DNA from: Chitinophagales bacterium
Lineage (GTDB): Bacteria > Bacteroidota > Bacteroidia > Chitinophagales > LD1
Direction: 5' to 3'
DNA: 64,000 bases
NCBI GenBank assembly: GCA_046329515.1
Contig: JAXLUM010000001.1
Location: 1,854,329-1,918,328 of the forward strand
In this document: positions 54,468 through 64,000 of the stretch, piece by piece
Layout of the letters: the number at the start of each line of letters is the position of its first letter
How positions within the stretch are numbered: position 1 is the first letter of the stretch
The notes under the pieces: model-generated
Told to the model about the DNA's origin: nothing
Databases searched by the model: none
Seen by the model: the letters and a program-made list of their open reading frames with translations, nothing else
Made by a program: the position numbers and the translations under genes

Positions 54468-55676
54468 TTACATTTTCCCGAAGCGTTTTAATGCGGTATG
54501 GTTGGTGGCAGTGGTAAGCTTTATAAGGTAACTACCGGCAGCTAAGGGGCTTACATCAATGGTAGCTGTAGCCTGGGGCGTTAACACCAATTGACCATTC
54601 AGGTTAAACACTTCTACTTTGATAATAGCTTCGTTACAGGTAATGTTTAGGTAATTGCCTGCGGGGTTGGGGTAAAGTTGCAGGCTTGCTTCGTTCAAAT
54701 AAGTAACTGCTGAAGGCTGGATAACTATGTTAGGTGTGCCATGGCGAACTACCAAACCATTAGCGCCTACGGCCCAACCAAGGGTATCATTCAAAAAGAA
54801 CAGGGCATTAGGCGTAGCCGTATGTAGGGTATCCATAGTCCATGTTGTGCCGCCATTAGTCGTTTTGCGCAGGGGTTGGTCGTTACCGAAAGAAGAAGAA
54901 ACTACCGCCCAACCGTTTTGGCTATCAGTAAAGTGAACATCGTGCTTACCGGCATTAGTGCCCGAGGCTTTGTCCGTCCATGTGCTGCCGTTAGCTGTAA
55001 TTTTAAACGCGGAAGGATTGCCACCTGCCCAGCCTTCCGTTTCTGAAAGCATTTGCAGGCATATAAGATTTAAGGTGGAAACTGAACCTGCAGCTACCTG
55101 TTCGGTCCAGCTTGCGCCGGCATCATCAGTATATACTACCAGCCCGCGGCTGCCTACTGCCCAGCCTCTGGTGCCGCTTAAAAAGTGCATGGCATAAATG
55201 CCTTTGCTTGGTGCAGCTACGGTTTGCCAGCTTGCGCCACCGTTGGTAGTGCGCTTTACAATACCCGGCACTCCGTTACTGCCTGCTATGTAGCCGGTAT
55301 CAGGCGTTACAAAAAATACATCTTCATAGTTAATCTGGTTGCCGCTATCAATGGCCAGCCAGGTATTGCCGCCATCATCAGTAGTAAGTATGCTTTGCTT
55401 GCCTCCCACTACCCAACCCTTAGTGGGGCTTGTAAAAAACACTGAGGTAAAACCCGTGCTTGTAACCGGCGAGGTTTGCGCTGCCCAGTTTGTTCCGCCA
55501 TCGTTTGTAGTTAGTATTGTGCCCTGTTGGCCAACAGCCCAACCTTTGCTTTCGTTAATAAAAAACACATCGGTTAGTTCTTTGGTAGTGCCGCTGTTTA
55601 GGGGCGTCCATTCCTGTGCGTTAGCTATAAAACATAAAAAGAGGGAAAGGGTAAATAGTGTAAGTTTTGCTTGCAT
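54468..55676 (-). CDS. T9SS type-A cargo: BNR/Asp-box (Ycf48-like) beta-propeller plus C-terminal sorting domain
   Basis: The 402-aa product has a signal peptide and Asp-boxes (TNDGGTNW, TDDGGNTW, TTNGGASW, TDDAGASW, TTNGGTTW). The C-terminus LQLYPNPAGNYLNI...AGSYLIKL fits the type-A CTD. Confidence 0.85.
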   Translation of the reverse strand: MQAKLTLFTLSLFLCFIANAQEWTPLNSGTTKELTDVFFINESKGWAVGQQGTILTTNDGGTNWAAQTSPVTSTGFTSVFFTSPTKGWVVGGKQSILTTDDGGNTWLAIDSGNQINYEDVFFVTPDTGYIAGSNGVPGIVKRTTNGGASWQTVAAPSKGIYAMHFLSGTRGWAVGSRGLVVYTDDAGASWTEQVAAGSVSTLNLICLQMLSETEGWAGGNPSAFKITANGSTWTDKASGTNAGKHDVHFTDSQNGWAVVSSSFGNDQPLRKTTNGGTTWTMDTLHTATPNALFFLNDTLGWAVGANGLVVRHGTPNIVIQPSAVTYLNEASLQLYPNPAGNYLNITCNEAIIKVEVFNLNGQLVLTPQATATIDVSPLAAGSYLIKLTTATNHTALKRFGKM

Positions 55677-55785
55677 ACAACGGGTTTTAGGTACGTGTTT
55701 ATTGTATTACAAGGATATACCATGCGAAAAGGCGCATCAATCACCCGAACGGGGGATTTGGTTATTACTACTGTATAAATAAAGC

Positions 55786-56310
55786 TTATTGAGCCTGTTG
55801 GTCTTTGGGCGGCTCCTTTACAAAGGCAGAGACTATTAAGCGGAATAAAGAAGCAAGTGTTTTCCAACCGCCATACAGTAACATGCCTATACCCAAAAAG
55901 AAAACTACATTGTCAACCCAGGGGCTTACTACAAATCGGTTACCGTTTTGGGCCATCCACACACAGGGGTCTTCAAATTCATTTTGCTCGGGGTTATTTT
56001 TATTAAACCAAACAGCAAGTTCAAGGTCGGGCTTATCGCTTAAGGAGCTTTTCTCCACCACATACTCGCGGCCTTTTACGGCATAGGTATAACTGTACTT
56101 ATACAGGTTGGCTTTTAGTGTGCGCCTTTGCACGGTATAAACTTCGGCAGTTTCATTTAAAAAGGCAGTAGTGGAATCAACATTAGCGCAAAGGGTTTTG
56201 TAGCGCTGCACCGTGCCCTGCTTTACTAAAACAGTAGTTAACTTAAGAAGCAAAAAACCGATGATGGCTACAGCGGCAAAGATTAGCAGTTTACGTAAGT
56301 GTTGGTTCAT
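55786..56310 (-). CDS. DUF3592-like membrane protein
   Basis: The 174-aa product has an N-terminal TM helix, a central soluble beta-rich region and a C-terminal TM helix (VVFFLGIGMLLYGGW). The family assignment is tentative. Confidence 0.6.
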   Translation of the reverse strand: MNQHLRKLLIFAAVAIIGFLLLKLTTVLVKQGTVQRYKTLCANVDSTTAFLNETAEVYTVQRRTLKANLYKYSYTYAVKGREYVVEKSSLSDKPDLELAVWFNKNNPEQNEFEDPCVWMAQNGNRFVVSPWVDNVVFFLGIGMLLYGGWKTLASLFRLIVSAFVKEPPKDQQAQ

Positions 56311-56381
56311 AGGTAACTTAAGATGGTAAAGGATATAAAACTATGCGCAAGGTGTCAACTTTCCAACCTCTCAGTGTTTTC

Positions 56382-56420
56382 TCACCCTTCGACATCCCGA
56401 AGCCTCGGGATCAGGGTGAC
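56382..56420. repeat. Nested GC hairpin element related to the 51224 inverted-repeat family
   Basis: TCACCCTTCGAC-ATCCCGA-AGCC-TCGGGAT-CAGGGTGAC shares the words CACCCTTCGAC and CAGGGTGAC with 51270-51294. Confidence 0.7.
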
Positions 56421-56429
56421 ACGTTTTAT

Positions 56430-57368
56430 TTACTCCATTAAGCCGCGGCCGTATTTCTTTATCTCGCCTTTTTCCTGAAGTTGCATGCGCACTTTGTCTA
56501 ACACTCCGTTTACAAAGTCCTTGCTTTTAGGTGTGCTGTAGAGTTTGCTAATGTCAATATACTCGTTAATAGAAACCTTAACCGGTATGGTAGGGAAATA
56601 CTTCAACTCACAAACAGCCATCTTCATCAATATCAAATCTAAAATGGCAACGCGGTCCATTTCCCAATTCTTTAAATTGGGTTGTATAAAGTTGGTTAAC
56701 TCCTCGGTGTTGTGAATGGTTTTAATCAGCAGGTCAATGGCAAACTTCTTCTCCTCTTCCCACATATCAAGGCCGTTAAAAAAGCCGCCTTGCTTTTCAT
56801 CAAAGGCATCAATGTGTTTGCTGGTAATAAGCAGCAGCAGTGAGTTATCATCATCGTAGTTAATAAACAACTCCTCAAGGTGAGCGTACAACTGCTTATC
56901 TCCCTGAAAAACCTTCTTTACAATAAAGTTCAGTATCTCTTTATCCTGCTCAAGGGTAGGCTCAGTTAAAGCAGAATATTCTTTGTATTTATCTTTAGCT
57001 GAAAGGTCAGTAAACAGGGCCTTAACCACATCATCACTAACGTAATGGCGTATGTTGTTCTTTTTAGCTAAACCATTAAACTGGTCATCCTGCTGCAGGT
57101 AAGCCACTATGCGGTTGGCAGCAATGGTAGTGCTGGCTTTAAGGTCCTCTTCTGTTTTAATAAACTTGGCCATGCGCTTGGCCTTATCAACCATACTGTA
57201 GTTACATACCTCAATCAGGTACATAAGGTTGGTTAAGTAAAGGTCCATTGAGCGCTGCACCTGCTGCATCAATTGGTTTTCAAGTTTCACAAGTGCAATG
57301 TCGTGGTCCATTTCCCAGGCGTATAATGCCTGCATAACCTTCACGCGCAAATTTCTTCTCCCCAGCAT
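56430..57368 (-). CDS. nusB: Transcription antitermination factor NusB (long Bacteroidota form)
   Basis: The 312-aa product begins LRVKVMQALYAWE. The C-terminal NusB core is WEMDRVAILDLILMKMAVCEL...PVKVSINEYIDISKLYSTPKSKDFVNGVLDKV. Confidence 0.8.
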   Translation of the reverse strand: MLGRRNLRVKVMQALYAWEMDHDIALVKLENQLMQQVQRSMDLYLTNLMYLIEVCNYSMVDKAKRMAKFIKTEEDLKASTTIAANRIVAYLQQDDQFNGLAKKNNIRHYVSDDVVKALFTDLSAKDKYKEYSALTEPTLEQDKEILNFIVKKVFQGDKQLYAHLEELFINYDDDNSLLLLITSKHIDAFDEKQGGFFNGLDMWEEEKKFAIDLLIKTIHNTEELTNFIQPNLKNWEMDRVAILDLILMKMAVCELKYFPTIPVKVSINEYIDISKLYSTPKSKDFVNGVLDKVRMQLQEKGEIKKYGRGLME

Positions 57369-57394
57369 TTAAAGAACGTTTTTAGGTGGTTGGT

Positions 57395-58501
57395 TTAGTT
57401 AGTCTTTTGTTTGGCCTTCTCGTTTTCAATACGCTCTACCGCCATGCGTATGGCTGCTTCCTGCGTATGTATTTTTTCCGCTTCTGCTTTCTTAAATATA
57501 TCCAGCGTGCGGCTGTAAATACCTTCAATAATGGTTTTGGTTTGCTCCTCAGTAAGGGCGTGCACTTCGCGGTAGCAGTTAATAACGCCGCCGGCATTAA
57601 TTAAAAAGTCGGGCGCGTAAAGCACCTTTCTGTCTAACAGCATGTGGCCGTGCAGGTTCTCATCAGCCAACTGGTTGTTAGCTGCGCCTGCAATTACGCT
57701 GCACTTTAAACGGTAAATAGTATCGGTATTAACGGTGGCACCTAATGCACAAGGCGAGTAGATGTCCATATCCAAATCGTAAATATCCTCAGGGGCAACA
57801 ACAGTTACTTTGCACTCCTTAGTAACGGCTTCAAGGTTAGCCTGGTTAATATCGGCTACGTAAACATCGGCGCCATCTTTAACCAAATGCTTTACCAGGT
57901 AAAAGCCTACGTGGCCTACACCCTGCACGGCAATTTTCTTGCCTGCAAGGCTATCGCTACCAAACTGTTGCTTGGCGCTGGCTTTAATACCAAGGTAAAC
58001 GCCATAAGCTGTAAATGGCGAAGGGTCGCCAGTGCCACCTGCTGAAATGGGCTTGCCGGTAACGTGCTTGGTTTCCTGCATTACAATGCTCATTACATCG
58101 GTGCTGGTGCCCACGTCTTCTGCAGTAATGTAGTTGCCATTAAGGCTCTCAACAAACCTACCGAAGCGACGCCAGAAGGCTTCATCGCGCTTAACTTTAG
58201 GGTTACCTATAATAACCGCTTTACCACCGCCCAGGTTAATGCCCGATATGCTGGATTTGAAGGTCATACCGCGCGAAAGGCGTAGCACATCCCAAAGGGC
58301 ATCGCTTTCGTTTTCGTAGTTCCATATACGGCAACCGCCTAATGAGGGGCCTAATACCGTATTGTGTATTCCTATAATTCCTTTTAAGCCGGTTTCTTTA
58401 TCGTTAAAGAACATCACCTGCTCGTGCCCCATGGGCTCCATCATTTCAAAAAGCCTGGCTTCCTTCTTATCTACACTTTTAATCACGCTGTGCTCACTCA
58501 T
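57395..58501 (-). CDS. Glu/Leu/Phe/Val dehydrogenase family enzyme (leucine dehydrogenase-like)
   Basis: The 368-aa product has a catalytic lysine region (INLGGGKAVIIG) and an NAD-binding VQGVGHVGFYL. Confidence 0.85.
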   Translation of the reverse strand: MSEHSVIKSVDKKEARLFEMMEPMGHEQVMFFNDKETGLKGIIGIHNTVLGPSLGGCRIWNYENESDALWDVLRLSRGMTFKSSISGINLGGGKAVIIGNPKVKRDEAFWRRFGRFVESLNGNYITAEDVGTSTDVMSIVMQETKHVTGKPISAGGTGDPSPFTAYGVYLGIKASAKQQFGSDSLAGKKIAVQGVGHVGFYLVKHLVKDGADVYVADINQANLEAVTKECKVTVVAPEDIYDLDMDIYSPCALGATVNTDTIYRLKCSVIAGAANNQLADENLHGHMLLDRKVLYAPDFLINAGGVINCYREVHALTEEQTKTIIEGIYSRTLDIFKKAEAEKIHTQEAAIRMAVERIENEKAKQKTN

Positions 58502-58673
58502 AACCCTTAATTAAATTAAGACGCCTGCTTATTCAGGCGCGCCAAAATTAGCCGAATTTCAGCAATGCCCAACCGTTGGTAGGTTTTAAAACAGATATTA
58601 TGATTTGGGTTTCATTCAGTAGCCTTAACATAAGCTTATCTTCATTTTACGACAAAATGTCAGCCCTATACCC

Positions 58674-58681
58674 TATATTTG
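58674..58681 (+). promoter_or_regulatory. Candidate -7 promoter box for miaB
   Basis: TATATTTG matches TAnnTTTG 10 nt before the ATG at 58691. The box covers the TTG at 58679 that the ORF track used as start, which argues for the ATG. Confidence 0.35.
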
Positions 58682-58690
58682 CCGCCCCGC

Positions 58691-60169
58691 ATGGAGAACA
58701 AATTGTACAATAACGAGATAGCCTTTGAACTGGAGCCTAAGAAGATTGACGAGGCCCGCCAAGGGGAAACTTTAACCGTTGAACGCCCGCAAACCGTGCA
58801 AAGCAACGGCAAGAAGTATTACATAGAAAGTTACGGCTGCCAAATGAACTTTAGCGATAGCGAAGTGGTGGCTTCCATATTAGCCAACGCAGGCTTTGAC
58901 AGTACCGCCGAATATACCGATGCGGACCTTATACTGATTAACACCTGCGCCATACGCGATAATGCCGAGCAACGTGTGCGCCACCGCTTACAACACTTGC
59001 AAGGTGTAAAGAAGAAAAAGAAGGGTGCGCTAATTGGCGTGTTGGGCTGCATGGCCGAACGCCTGAAGGAGAAGTTTCTGGAAGAAGAAAAGATAGTGGA
59101 CATTGTTGCAGGGCCTGATTCGTACCGCGCTCTGCCTTCCTTAATTGAAGAAGCCGAAACGGGCCAAAAGGCAGTAAACGTTTTACTAAGCCGTGAGGAA
59201 ACCTATGCCGAGATTAACCCGGTGCGTTTAAACAGCAACGGTATTACCGCTTTTATAAGCATAACCCGTGGCTGCGATAATATGTGCAGCTTTTGCGTGG
59301 TGCCGTTTACGCGTGGACGTGAACGCAGCCGCGATTGGCAAACGATAGTAAATGAGGCGAAGGCTTTGTATGCACAAGGTTATAAGGAAGTAACCCTACT
59401 AGGCCAAAATGTAGATAGCTACCGCTACAGTACCGACCCTAAACTGGTTGGTAAAAAACTGGTAGATGCCAAGTATGATGAGAACGTAGTAAACTTTGCC
59501 AGGCTGCTTGAGTTAGTAGCGCAAATAGCTCCTGATTTACGTGTGCGTTTCAGCACCTCTCACCCTAAGGATATGACTGATGATGTGTTGCACGCCATGG
59601 CTAAGTACCCTAATATCTGCAAATACATTCACCTGCCGGTGCAAAGCGGTAATACGCGCGTGCTCGATATAATGAACCGCACTTACGACCGCGAATGGTA
59701 TATGGGCCGCATTGATGCCATTAAGCGCATTGTGCCCGATGCTGCCATTTCAACTGATATTATTGCAGGTTTTTGTACGGAGACCGAAGAGGAACATAAG
59801 GATACCTTAAGCATGATGGAGTATGTGCGTTACAGCATGAGCTACATGTTTATTTACAGTGAACGACCCGGCACTGTTGCAGCCAAGAAGTTTACTGACG
59901 ATATACCGGAGGATGTTAAGAAGCGCCGCCTGCAGGAAATTGTTGACCTGCAACTAAAGCATAGCTTGGAGCACAACAAGGCAGACATAGGCAAAACCTT
60001 TGAGGTATTGGTAGAAGGCACCAGCCACCGCAGCGATGAGCATTTGTTCGGACGTAACTCGCAAAACAAAGTAGTTGTTTTCCCTAAAGGCGATTTAAAG
60101 CCGGGTATGTATGTTAATGTAAAAGTAACGGATTGCACTTCCGCCACTTTAAAAGGCAACCCCCTCTAA
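58691..60169 (+). CDS. miaB: tRNA-i6A37 methylthiotransferase MiaB
   Basis: The product has an UPF0004 N-domain ([15 protein letters not shown]), a radical-SAM CxxxCxxC motif ([16 protein letters not shown]) and a C-terminal TRAM domain. Confidence 0.9.
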   Translation: MENKLYNNEIAFELEPKKIDEARQGETLTVERPQTVQSNGKKYYIESYGCQMNFSDSEVVASILANAGFDSTAEYTDADLILINTCAIRDNAEQRVRHRLQHLQGVKKKKKGALIGVLGCMAERLKEKFLEEEKIVDIVAGPDSYRALPSLIEEAETGQKAVNVLLSREETYAEINPVRLNSNGITAFISITRGCDNMCSFCVVPFTRGRERSRDWQTIVNEAKALYAQGYKEVTLLGQNVDSYRYSTDPKLVGKKLVDAKYDENVVNFARLLELVAQIAPDLRVRFSTSHPKDMTDDVLHAMAKYPNICKYIHLPVQSGNTRVLDIMNRTYDREWYMGRIDAIKRIVPDAAISTDIIAGFCTETEEEHKDTLSMMEYVRYSMSYMFIYSERPGTVAAKKFTDDIPEDVKKRRLQEIVDLQLKHSLEHNKADIGKTFEVLVEGTSHRSDEHLFGRNSQNKVVVFPKGDLKPGMYVNVKVTDCTSATLKGNPL

Positions 60170-60186
60170 CTCCCCCGAAGGGGGAG
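60170..60186 (+). terminator. GC hairpin directly after the miaB stop (terminator-like, no T-run)
   Basis: The hairpin is CTCCCCC-GAA-GGGGGAG. A related hairpin, CCTCCCC-TTG-GGGGAGG, lies at 60272-60291, 20 nt before the next gene. Confidence 0.4.
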
Positions 60187-60309
60187 AATAAGGTTGAGGC
60201 GCCTTACAGTATAAAAGTTTTTAATTTATAGTCCCGATATAGGGCACATTTAAAAGTAAACTCGAACAAGTCCCCTCCCCTTGGGGGAGGGTTAGGGAGG
60301 GGTTGTAAT

Positions 60310-61530
60310 ATGGAAATACAAAGCATTAAAAACCGTTTCGGAATAATTGGCAATGCCGCCACTTTAAACAATGCCATTAGCATTGCTGAACGGGTAGCAG
60401 GCACTAACCTTACCGTGCTTATTACGGGCGAAAGCGGTGTAGGTAAAGAAGTATTCTCGCACATTATACACCAGTTAGGTACCCGCAGGCATAATCCGTT
60501 TATAGCGGTTAACTGCGGCGCTATACCCGAAGGCACTATTGATTCAGAATTATTCGGCCACGAAAAAGGTTCGTTTACCGGTGCGCACGACCAGCGCAAA
60601 GGTTATTTTGAAACCGTAAATGGCGGCACCATTTTCCTTGATGAAGTTGGTGAGTTGCCGCATGGCACACAGGCACGTTTACTGCGTGTGTTAGAAACCG
60701 GTGAATACATACGCGTAGGCAGCAGCAAGGTAATGAAAACCGATGTGCGCGTAATTGCCGCTACTAACGTTAATCTGCAGGAAGCGGTGCGTGCAGGTAA
60801 ATTCCGCGAGGACTTATACTACCGTTTGAGCACGGTGCCTATTTACATACCGCCTTTACGCGAGCGTGGGGAGGATATTTACTTACTGTTCCGCAAGTTT
60901 TGTATTGACTTTGCTGAACGCAACAAAATACAACCCGTTAAGCTTACTGAGGATGCCAGAGAACTGATTCTAAAGTATACCTGGCCCGGTAACGTTCGCC
61001 AATTGAAGAACGTAGCCGAACAGGTTAGCATATTGGCTCGCGAAAAAGATGTAACGGCTGCCGAACTAGCGCAGATTGTACCTGACATAACCGACAACCG
61101 CTTACCTGCACTTGCTGAACATCGCTACGAAAGCGGAGGTGGCAGCAGCTTTACCGAAAGAGAGATTCTTTACAAACTGATATTTGATTTAAAGAAGGAC
61201 CTTAACGACCTTAAGCAGTTTGTGTTTGATGTTACCAAGCAACAGGTTAATGGCGCTCCTATACATTACGAAACACCAATGCAAGCGGTAGAGAAGCCTG
61301 TAATACTGCCTCAGCAAATGACCAACCAACCTATAGTGTTGGGTGAAAAGAAAAACTTTGATGAGCACGAAACGGTGGATGAAACCCTGAACATTGCCGA
61401 TAAGGAAAAAGAGCTCATTATTAAGGCACTTAAGAAATACCGCAATAAACGTAAGGACGCCGCTGCCGACCTTGGCATAAGCGAGCGCACCTTATACCGT
61501 AAGATTAAGGAATACGGTATTGATGCGTAG
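60310..61530 (+). CDS. Sigma-54-dependent transcriptional activator (AAA+ plus Fis-type HTH, no N-terminal sensory domain)
   Basis: The AAA+ core starts at about residue 10: Walker A GESGVGKE, GAFTGA-like GSFTGA, Walker B FLDEVGEL, plus YRLSTVPIYIPPLRER. The C-terminal HTH is ADLGISERTLYRKIKEYGI. Confidence 0.9.
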   Translation: MEIQSIKNRFGIIGNAATLNNAISIAERVAGTNLTVLITGESGVGKEVFSHIIHQLGTRRHNPFIAVNCGAIPEGTIDSELFGHEKGSFTGAHDQRKGYFETVNGGTIFLDEVGELPHGTQARLLRVLETGEYIRVGSSKVMKTDVRVIAATNVNLQEAVRAGKFREDLYYRLSTVPIYIPPLRERGEDIYLLFRKFCIDFAERNKIQPVKLTEDARELILKYTWPGNVRQLKNVAEQVSILAREKDVTAAELAQIVPDITDNRLPALAEHRYESGGGSSFTEREILYKLIFDLKKDLNDLKQFVFDVTKQQVNGAPIHYETPMQAVEKPVILPQQMTNQPIVLGEKKNFDEHETVDETLNIADKEKELIIKALKKYRNKRKDAAADLGISERTLYRKIKEYGIDA

Positions 61531-61545
61531 GCATCTTATAACACA

Positions 61546-61567
61546 AAAGGCACCTTGCGGTGCCTTT
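61546..61567. terminator. Bidirectional hairpin terminator between the sigma-54 activator gene and valS
   Basis: The hairpin AAAGGCACC-TTGC-GGTGCCTTT is flanked by an A-run and a T-rich tract. Confidence 0.65.
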
Positions 61568-61572
61568 GTTGT

Positions 61573-64000
61573 TTAGTTTAAGCTTGCTATGCTCTTCTCC
61601 AAAATTTCAATCTTCTGAAGAGCGTCATCGCGTTTCTTCTTTTCGTTTTCCAATACCTGTGCAGGCGCTGATGATACAAAGCGTTCATTGGCCAGCTTTT
61701 TCTCTACGGATGCTAAAAAGCCTTTGGCATACTCTAACTCTTTGCTCAGCTTTTCCTTTTCATCTGCAGCATTCGCCTGTTCGCCGGTAACAATAAAGAA
61801 CTTATAGCCTTTAGCTACCAGGTTTTTAGCACCTGCAACATCTGCAGTAACAGCTTCCAGTTTACTCAAGCGAGCCAGTTTGCTTATTTTAGAAGCAAAC
61901 GCATCAAAGGAAACAGCATCACTACCGCTGTAGAAAGCATCTACCGTTTCGGTATTCTTCTTGTTGGCTTTAGCGCGTATTTCGCGTATGCCGGTAATCA
62001 ATTCAAAACTGAAAGCAGCTTCAGCAATCAATTTCTCATTAACAGCGGCTGCTTTAGGATATTCAGCTATGCAAATGCTTTCGCCATCCTTACGGTCCTT
62101 CAGGTTATGCCATATCTCTTCTGTAATAAACGGCATTACAGGATGCAACAAGCGCAGCAGCTTATCAAATAGCTCTACTGTTTTGTTGTATGTGTAGCTA
62201 TCTATCGGCTTCTGATAATCGGGTTTTACCAATTCAAGGTACCAGCTACAGAAGTCATCCCATACTAGTTTGTAAAGTGTCATCAATGCTTCACTCAGGC
62301 GGTATTCTTTGTATGAAGCTTCCAACTCAACAATGGTTTGGTTCAGCTTGCTTTCCATCCATTCAATAGCCACTTTGTTCTCGGCGTTTTCACCATCCTG
62401 TACCTCCCACCCTTTTACCAGGCGTAAGGCATTCCAAAGTTTATTGCTGAAGTTACGGCCCTGTTCACACAGCTTCTCATCAAACAGAATATCGTTACCT
62501 GCAGGGCTGCACAGCAGCATACCTAAACGAACACCATCTGCTCCGTATTTCTCAATCAGTTCTAATGGGTCAGGACTGTTGCCCAAACTCTTGCTCATTT
62601 TGCGGCGCAGCTTATCGCGCACAATTCCGGTGTAGTAAACGTTTTTAAATGGCTTATCTCCTTTCCATTCGTAACCTGCCATTATCATACGCATAACCCA
62701 GAAGAACATAATCTCCGGTGCGGTAACCAGGTCATTTGTTGGATAGTAATACTGTATGTCCTTATTGTTCGGGTCTTTAAACCCATCAAATACTGATATA
62801 GGCCACAACCAACTGCTGAACCAGGTATCTACCACATCTTCATCCTGCTTTAACTGGCTAGTGGTAAGTGGCAAGTGGTTAGCAGTGGCTTGCGCTATGG
62901 CTTCTTCTCTAGTTTTCGCCACAGCAACTAGATTGCCTTTCTCATCGTACCAAGCAGGTATGCGCTGGCCCCACCACAACTGGCGACTTATGCACCAATC
63001 GCGTATGTTATCAATCCAGTGCTTGTATGTATTCTTTAGGTTGGCAGGGTAAAAGCGTACTTCATCGCTCATTACATCTTCCAACACCTGCGGGTTCTTT
63101 TGCATGAAAGCCTTCATGTTTACAAACCACTGCATACTTAAACGCGGTTCAACTACAGCATTTGTACGTTCGCTTCGGCCAACCTTGTTTACTATCTCTT
63201 CCGTTTTAATCAGCAGGCCCTCTTCAGTCAATTTCTCAATGGCCTTTTTGCGCGCAGCAAAGCGGTCTAAGCCTACGAATATCTGTGCGGCCTCTGATAC
63301 AGTTCCATCCTCATTAAAGCAGTCAATAATCGGCAGATTGAATTTCTTACCAATCTCGTAGTCATTAGCATCATGCGCAGGGGTAATCTTCAATGCCCCT
63401 GTACCAAATTCAATGTCTACATAGTTATCGGCAATAACAGGTACCTCGCGGTTAACCATAGGCACAATAACCGTTTTGCCAATCAGGTGCTTGTAACGCT
63501 CATCATTAGGGTTAACACAAACGGCCACATCGCCCATAATAGTTTCCGGGCGAACAGTAGCTACCGCTAAAAATTCGTTAGTGCCCTTTAGCATATACTT
63601 TACAAAGTATAGTTGGCTCTTTACCTCTTCGTGGTTTACCTCTTCATTGCTAAGGGTAGTTTTCGCCTGGGGGTCCCAGTTAATCATGCGCAAGCCGCGG
63701 TAGATAAGCCCCTTATTGTAAAGGTCAATAAACACATCTAACACCGCCTCGCTTAAATCGGGCTCCATAGTAAAACGGGTGCGCTGCCAATCGCAACTGG
63801 CGCCCAGTTTCTTTAGTTGCTCCAGTATTATGCCGCCGTACTTTTCTTTCCATTCCCAGGCATACTTCATAAACTCATCGCGGCTCAGGTCGCTTTTCTT
63901 AATACCACGCTCGCGCAGCATGCCTACCACTTTGGCTTCGGTAGCTATACTGGCATGGTCAGTACCAGGTACCCAGCAGGCATTTTTGCCTTCCATACGC
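61573..64000 (-). CDS. valS: Valine--tRNA ligase, C-terminal roughly 800 aa (5' end beyond the right window edge)
   Basis: The reading frame is open to the window end. The KMSKS motif (RKMSKSLGN), the editing/CP1 region and the C-terminal coiled coil typical of ValRS are present. Confidence 0.95.
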   Translation of the reverse strand, partial: RMEGKNACWVPGTDHASIATEAKVVGMLRERGIKKSDLSRDEFMKYAWEWKEKYGGIILEQLKKLGASCDWQRTRFTMEPDLSEAVLDVFIDLYNKGLIYRGLRMINWDPQAKTTLSNEEVNHEEVKSQLYFVKYMLKGTNEFLAVATVRPETIMGDVAVCVNPNDERYKHLIGKTVIVPMVNREVPVIADNYVDIEFGTGALKITPAHDANDYEIGKKFNLPIIDCFNEDGTVSEAAQIFVGLDRFAARKKAIEKLTEEGLLIKTEEIVNKVGRSERTNAVVEPRLSMQWFVNMKAFMQKNPQVLEDVMSDEVRFYPANLKNTYKHWIDNIRDWCISRQLWWGQRIPAWYDEKGNLVAVAKTREEAIAQATANHLPLTTSQLKQDEDVVDTWFSSWLWPISVFDGFKDPNNKDIQYYYPTNDLVTAPEIMFFWVMRMIMAGYEWKGDKPFKNVYYTGIVRDKLRRKMSKSLGNSPDPLELIEKYGADGVRLGMLLCSPAGNDILFDEKLCEQGRNFSNKLWNALRLVKGWEVQDGENAENKVAIEWMESKLNQTIVELEASYKEYRLSEALMTLYKLVWDDFCSWYLELVKPDYQKPIDSYTYNKTVELFDKLLRLLHPVMPFITEEIWHNLKDRKDGESICIAEYPKAAAVNEKLIAEAAFSFELITGIREIRAKANKKNTETVDAFYSGSDAVSFDAFASKISKLARLSKLEAVTADVAGAKNLVAKGYKFFIVTGEQANAADEKEKLSKELEYAKGFLASVEKKLANERFVSSAPAQVLENEKKKRDDALQKIEILEKSIASLN

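Noticed and set aside
60204-60599. 131-aa minus-strand ORF spanning the miaB / sigma-54 activator intergenic region
   Set aside because: It overlaps the well-supported AAA+ start region in antisense and reads through the GC hairpins (…PPPRGGDL…). It is a repeat and composition artefact.

Overview
This 64-kb chromosomal window comes from a Bacteroidota genome. The evidence is T9SS cargo with type-A and type-B C-terminal sorting domains, a PorP/SprF gene, TAnnTTTG-type promoter boxes and GC-hairpin repeats of the kind common in Sphingobacteriia; the taxon is inferred. Most of the window is core metabolism: a complete 14-gene nuoA-N operon (21.9-35.2 kb, minus strand), pyruvate carboxylase, an acyl-CoA carboxyltransferase, F6P aldolase/transaldolase, an SRP RNA, kdsB, rocD, nusB, a Leu-type amino-acid dehydrogenase, miaB, a sigma-54 activator and the 3' part of valS. 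There are four accessory regions. (i) A roughly 1950-aa PKD-repeat T9SS type-B cargo gene is followed by its PorP/SprF partner. (ii) A divergent wecE/wecD + GT2 + GT-C cluster looks like a Gtr/Arn-style periplasmic glycosylation module. (iii) A TonB-dependent receptor sits next to a T9SS cargo protein with 11 tandem 51-aa Cys repeats. (iv) The best candidate for something new is a compositionally mosaic island of about 4.6 kb (48.56-53.23 kb) between rocD and a lipoprotein gene. It is bracketed by copies of a multi-hairpin repeat. It holds a coiled-coil protein, a RecA-fold ATPase-HTH preceded by iteron-like repeats, two abutting convergent micro-ORFs, and a beta-class DPPF DNA methyltransferase fused to a PD-(D/E)XK (Mrr-like) nuclease domain. 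A near-identical palindrome with 14-bp arms abuts the stop codons of both large genes. I saw no integrase, transposase, CRISPR array, rRNA or tRNA. All functional calls rest on motif recognition by eye; no searches were run.
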